NCBI GenBank assembly: GCA_930991035.1 | Contig: CAKNRV010000005.1 | Coordinates: 1 to 62,899 of the forward strand | From: an uncultured Clostridium sp. | Lineage (GTDB): Bacteria > Bacillota > Clostridia > TANB77 > CAG-508 | Reading direction: 5' to 3' | Length of the DNA: 62,899 nt | Shown: one piece after another, positions 61,557-62,899 of the stretch | Layout: each line of letters begins with the position of its first letter | Numbering within the stretch: position 1 is the stretch's first letter | Position numbers and translations under genes: made by a program | Notes under the pieces: generated by a model | Told to the model about the DNA's origin: nothing | Database searches by the model: none | Seen by the model: only the letters and a program-made list of their open reading frames with translations

Positions 61557-62621
61557 TTAGTCTATTATTTCATACATTTCGTCGTTTATTTTTTCTAATC
61601 TTACATCAGATTTTAAACAGACAATTGGTCGAAGCCCCAGCATATCATGACTATATGTATAATCATCTATATTACCAACGGAATATGCGCTTTGCAAATT
61701 ATTATTACTTGATGCAGGAGAAGCAATCCACATTCCAGAAGCTTTTGAAGAATCTGATTTTATATAAATTCCATAAAAGTCATTCTGTGTTAATCCGGTT
61801 ATATATGTATCATATGAAGAAGATGTACTCCATTTTATATCATATCCATAGCTATTTGCTATATGATAATCTACATATTTATCTGGATGCGTATCTTTAT
61901 ATGAAGCGCAAAATAATTCTATTGTCGGTCCTCCTATTGAATATTCAGCTTTTTCTCCAACATATAAGTCCCATATATTTGTATCCATTAAATATGCTAC
62001 TGCTTTTATATTATTGTTTGTGCTTGATGAATTTGAGTATGCACTCAACCATTTTGCCGCTTTACTATTACTCTTTATCCAGCTGTTTCCTGTATAATCA
62101 TTTAATATATTTGTAAAATATACAGCATAAGATTTATATCCTGTATTTAATCTTTTACCTGCACTAGTACTTGGTGTATCAGTAGGAGCAATGTAGTCAT
62201 CTGCTATCAAATATATATTATTTTCATCCGCATAAAAGATTCGCCATTTTGATACTCCGTCACTATTACAAGTATACCCTGTTACTTCTGCTCCGTAGTA
62301 AGTCGTTGCGTTTTCTGATATCTCTGAAGCTTCTATTCCTTGCTTTGGCGGATCAACTGGTTCTTCTGGCTCAGTCCCAGATCCTGGATTTTCTATTGTC
62401 TCGTCTTCCGCCATCACATTTGCATATTCTTGCATAATCTTATTCATTTTTTCTTCTGTGTCTATTGTTGTACTCTCTGCCATATCTTTAGCATCTTGTG
62501 CCTGCTTTAACAAGCCATTATCTCCTAGTGTTGCATTTATTGTCACCCCTGCTAATATGATTATTATTAATATTGTTATAGCTAATGTTAATAATGTTAT
62601 ACCTCTCTCATTTTTTTCCAT
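61557..62621 (-). CDS. Pilin-headed putative adhesin with CLec-like C-terminus
   Basis: ERG|ITLLTLAITILIIIILAG..LGDNGLL; C-terminal WIASP...GLRPIVCL. Confidence 0.8.
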   Translation of the reverse strand: MEKNERGITLLTLAITILIIIILAGVTINATLGDNGLLKQAQDAKDMAESTTIDTEEKMNKIMQEYANVMAEDETIENPGSGTEPEEPVDPPKQGIEASEISENATTYYGAEVTGYTCNSDGVSKWRIFYADENNIYLIADDYIAPTDTPSTSAGKRLNTGYKSYAVYFTNILNDYTGNSWIKSNSKAAKWLSAYSNSSSTNNNIKAVAYLMDTNIWDLYVGEKAEYSIGGPTIELFCASYKDTHPDKYVDYHIANSYGYDIKWSTSSSYDTYITGLTQNDFYGIYIKSDSSKASGMWIASPASSNNNLQSAYSVGNIDDYTYSHDMLGLRPIVCLKSDVRLEKINDEMYEIID

Positions 62622-62758
62622 AATAAATGCGCTCTCCTTTGCATAAATTTTGCTTTTTTATCCTTGTTGCCTTCTCTAGTTTCTGTATTTTCAAGTTCAT
62701 TACTTATTGAATTTCTGAATCATTTCAAAAATTTTTCAAGCAATTTTTATGCTTTAAT

Positions 62759-62899
62759 TCAAGCGTATCTATCTTTATTTATTATAAAACTTTTCTTACT
62801 TTTTACATCACAAATTAGAGTACCATTTTTTAATGTATTACTCTCTCTCTCTCTCCAGACTGTCCAACGAATATCCTCGTTTACATAAGATATCGTTTT
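62759..62899 (-). other. Partial microsatellite-containing leader ORF (locus 3; start outside the window)
   Basis: G(AG)7 at 62841-62855; post-repeat frame SNTLKNGTLICDV is similar to locus 1 SNKLEKIALVCDA. Confidence 0.6.

Noticed and set aside
61600-61735. Second DGR VR at the end of the third pilin-headed gene
   Set aside because: The fold motif is suggestive, but there is no clear G+C jump, NNY codon bias or downstream cruciform.

Overview
Low-GC chromosomal segment from a spore-forming Clostridia bacterium. Gene content and pilin style resemble uncultured gut TANB77-like lineages, but that assignment is my inference. Housekeeping genes: glmS with its ribozyme, serS, engB, gltX, rnj, uppP, ppa, a dapF-murE fusion, ldh, ctsR-mcsA-mcsB-clpC, hpf, rpsT, gatCAB, tmk and adhE. 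Sporulation genes: bofA, yaaL, dpaA and a SASP. There is also a complete type IV pilus operon whose very short pilin lacks Glu5. The main candidate system is a set of three dispersed 'pilin-headed' adhesin genes (LRR; FN3+CLec; CLec-like). Each lies downstream of a leader ORF containing a dinucleotide microsatellite. At two of the loci only one repeat phase lets the leader be translated into a conserved terminator-like hairpin, which suggests phase-variable attenuation. One adhesin ends in a DGR-style variable region, followed by a cruciform and a collapsed DGR cassette (MutS-like gene, 74-bp RT remnant, SSB-like remnant); I found no TR or intact RT in the window. Other candidates: an unannotated par/Fst-like type I toxin-antitoxin locus, a tandem structured sRNA motif, tandem receiver-less Spo0A DNA-binding-domain genes, and several REP/MITE-like repeat families. 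All calls come from reading the sequence by eye; no searches were run.
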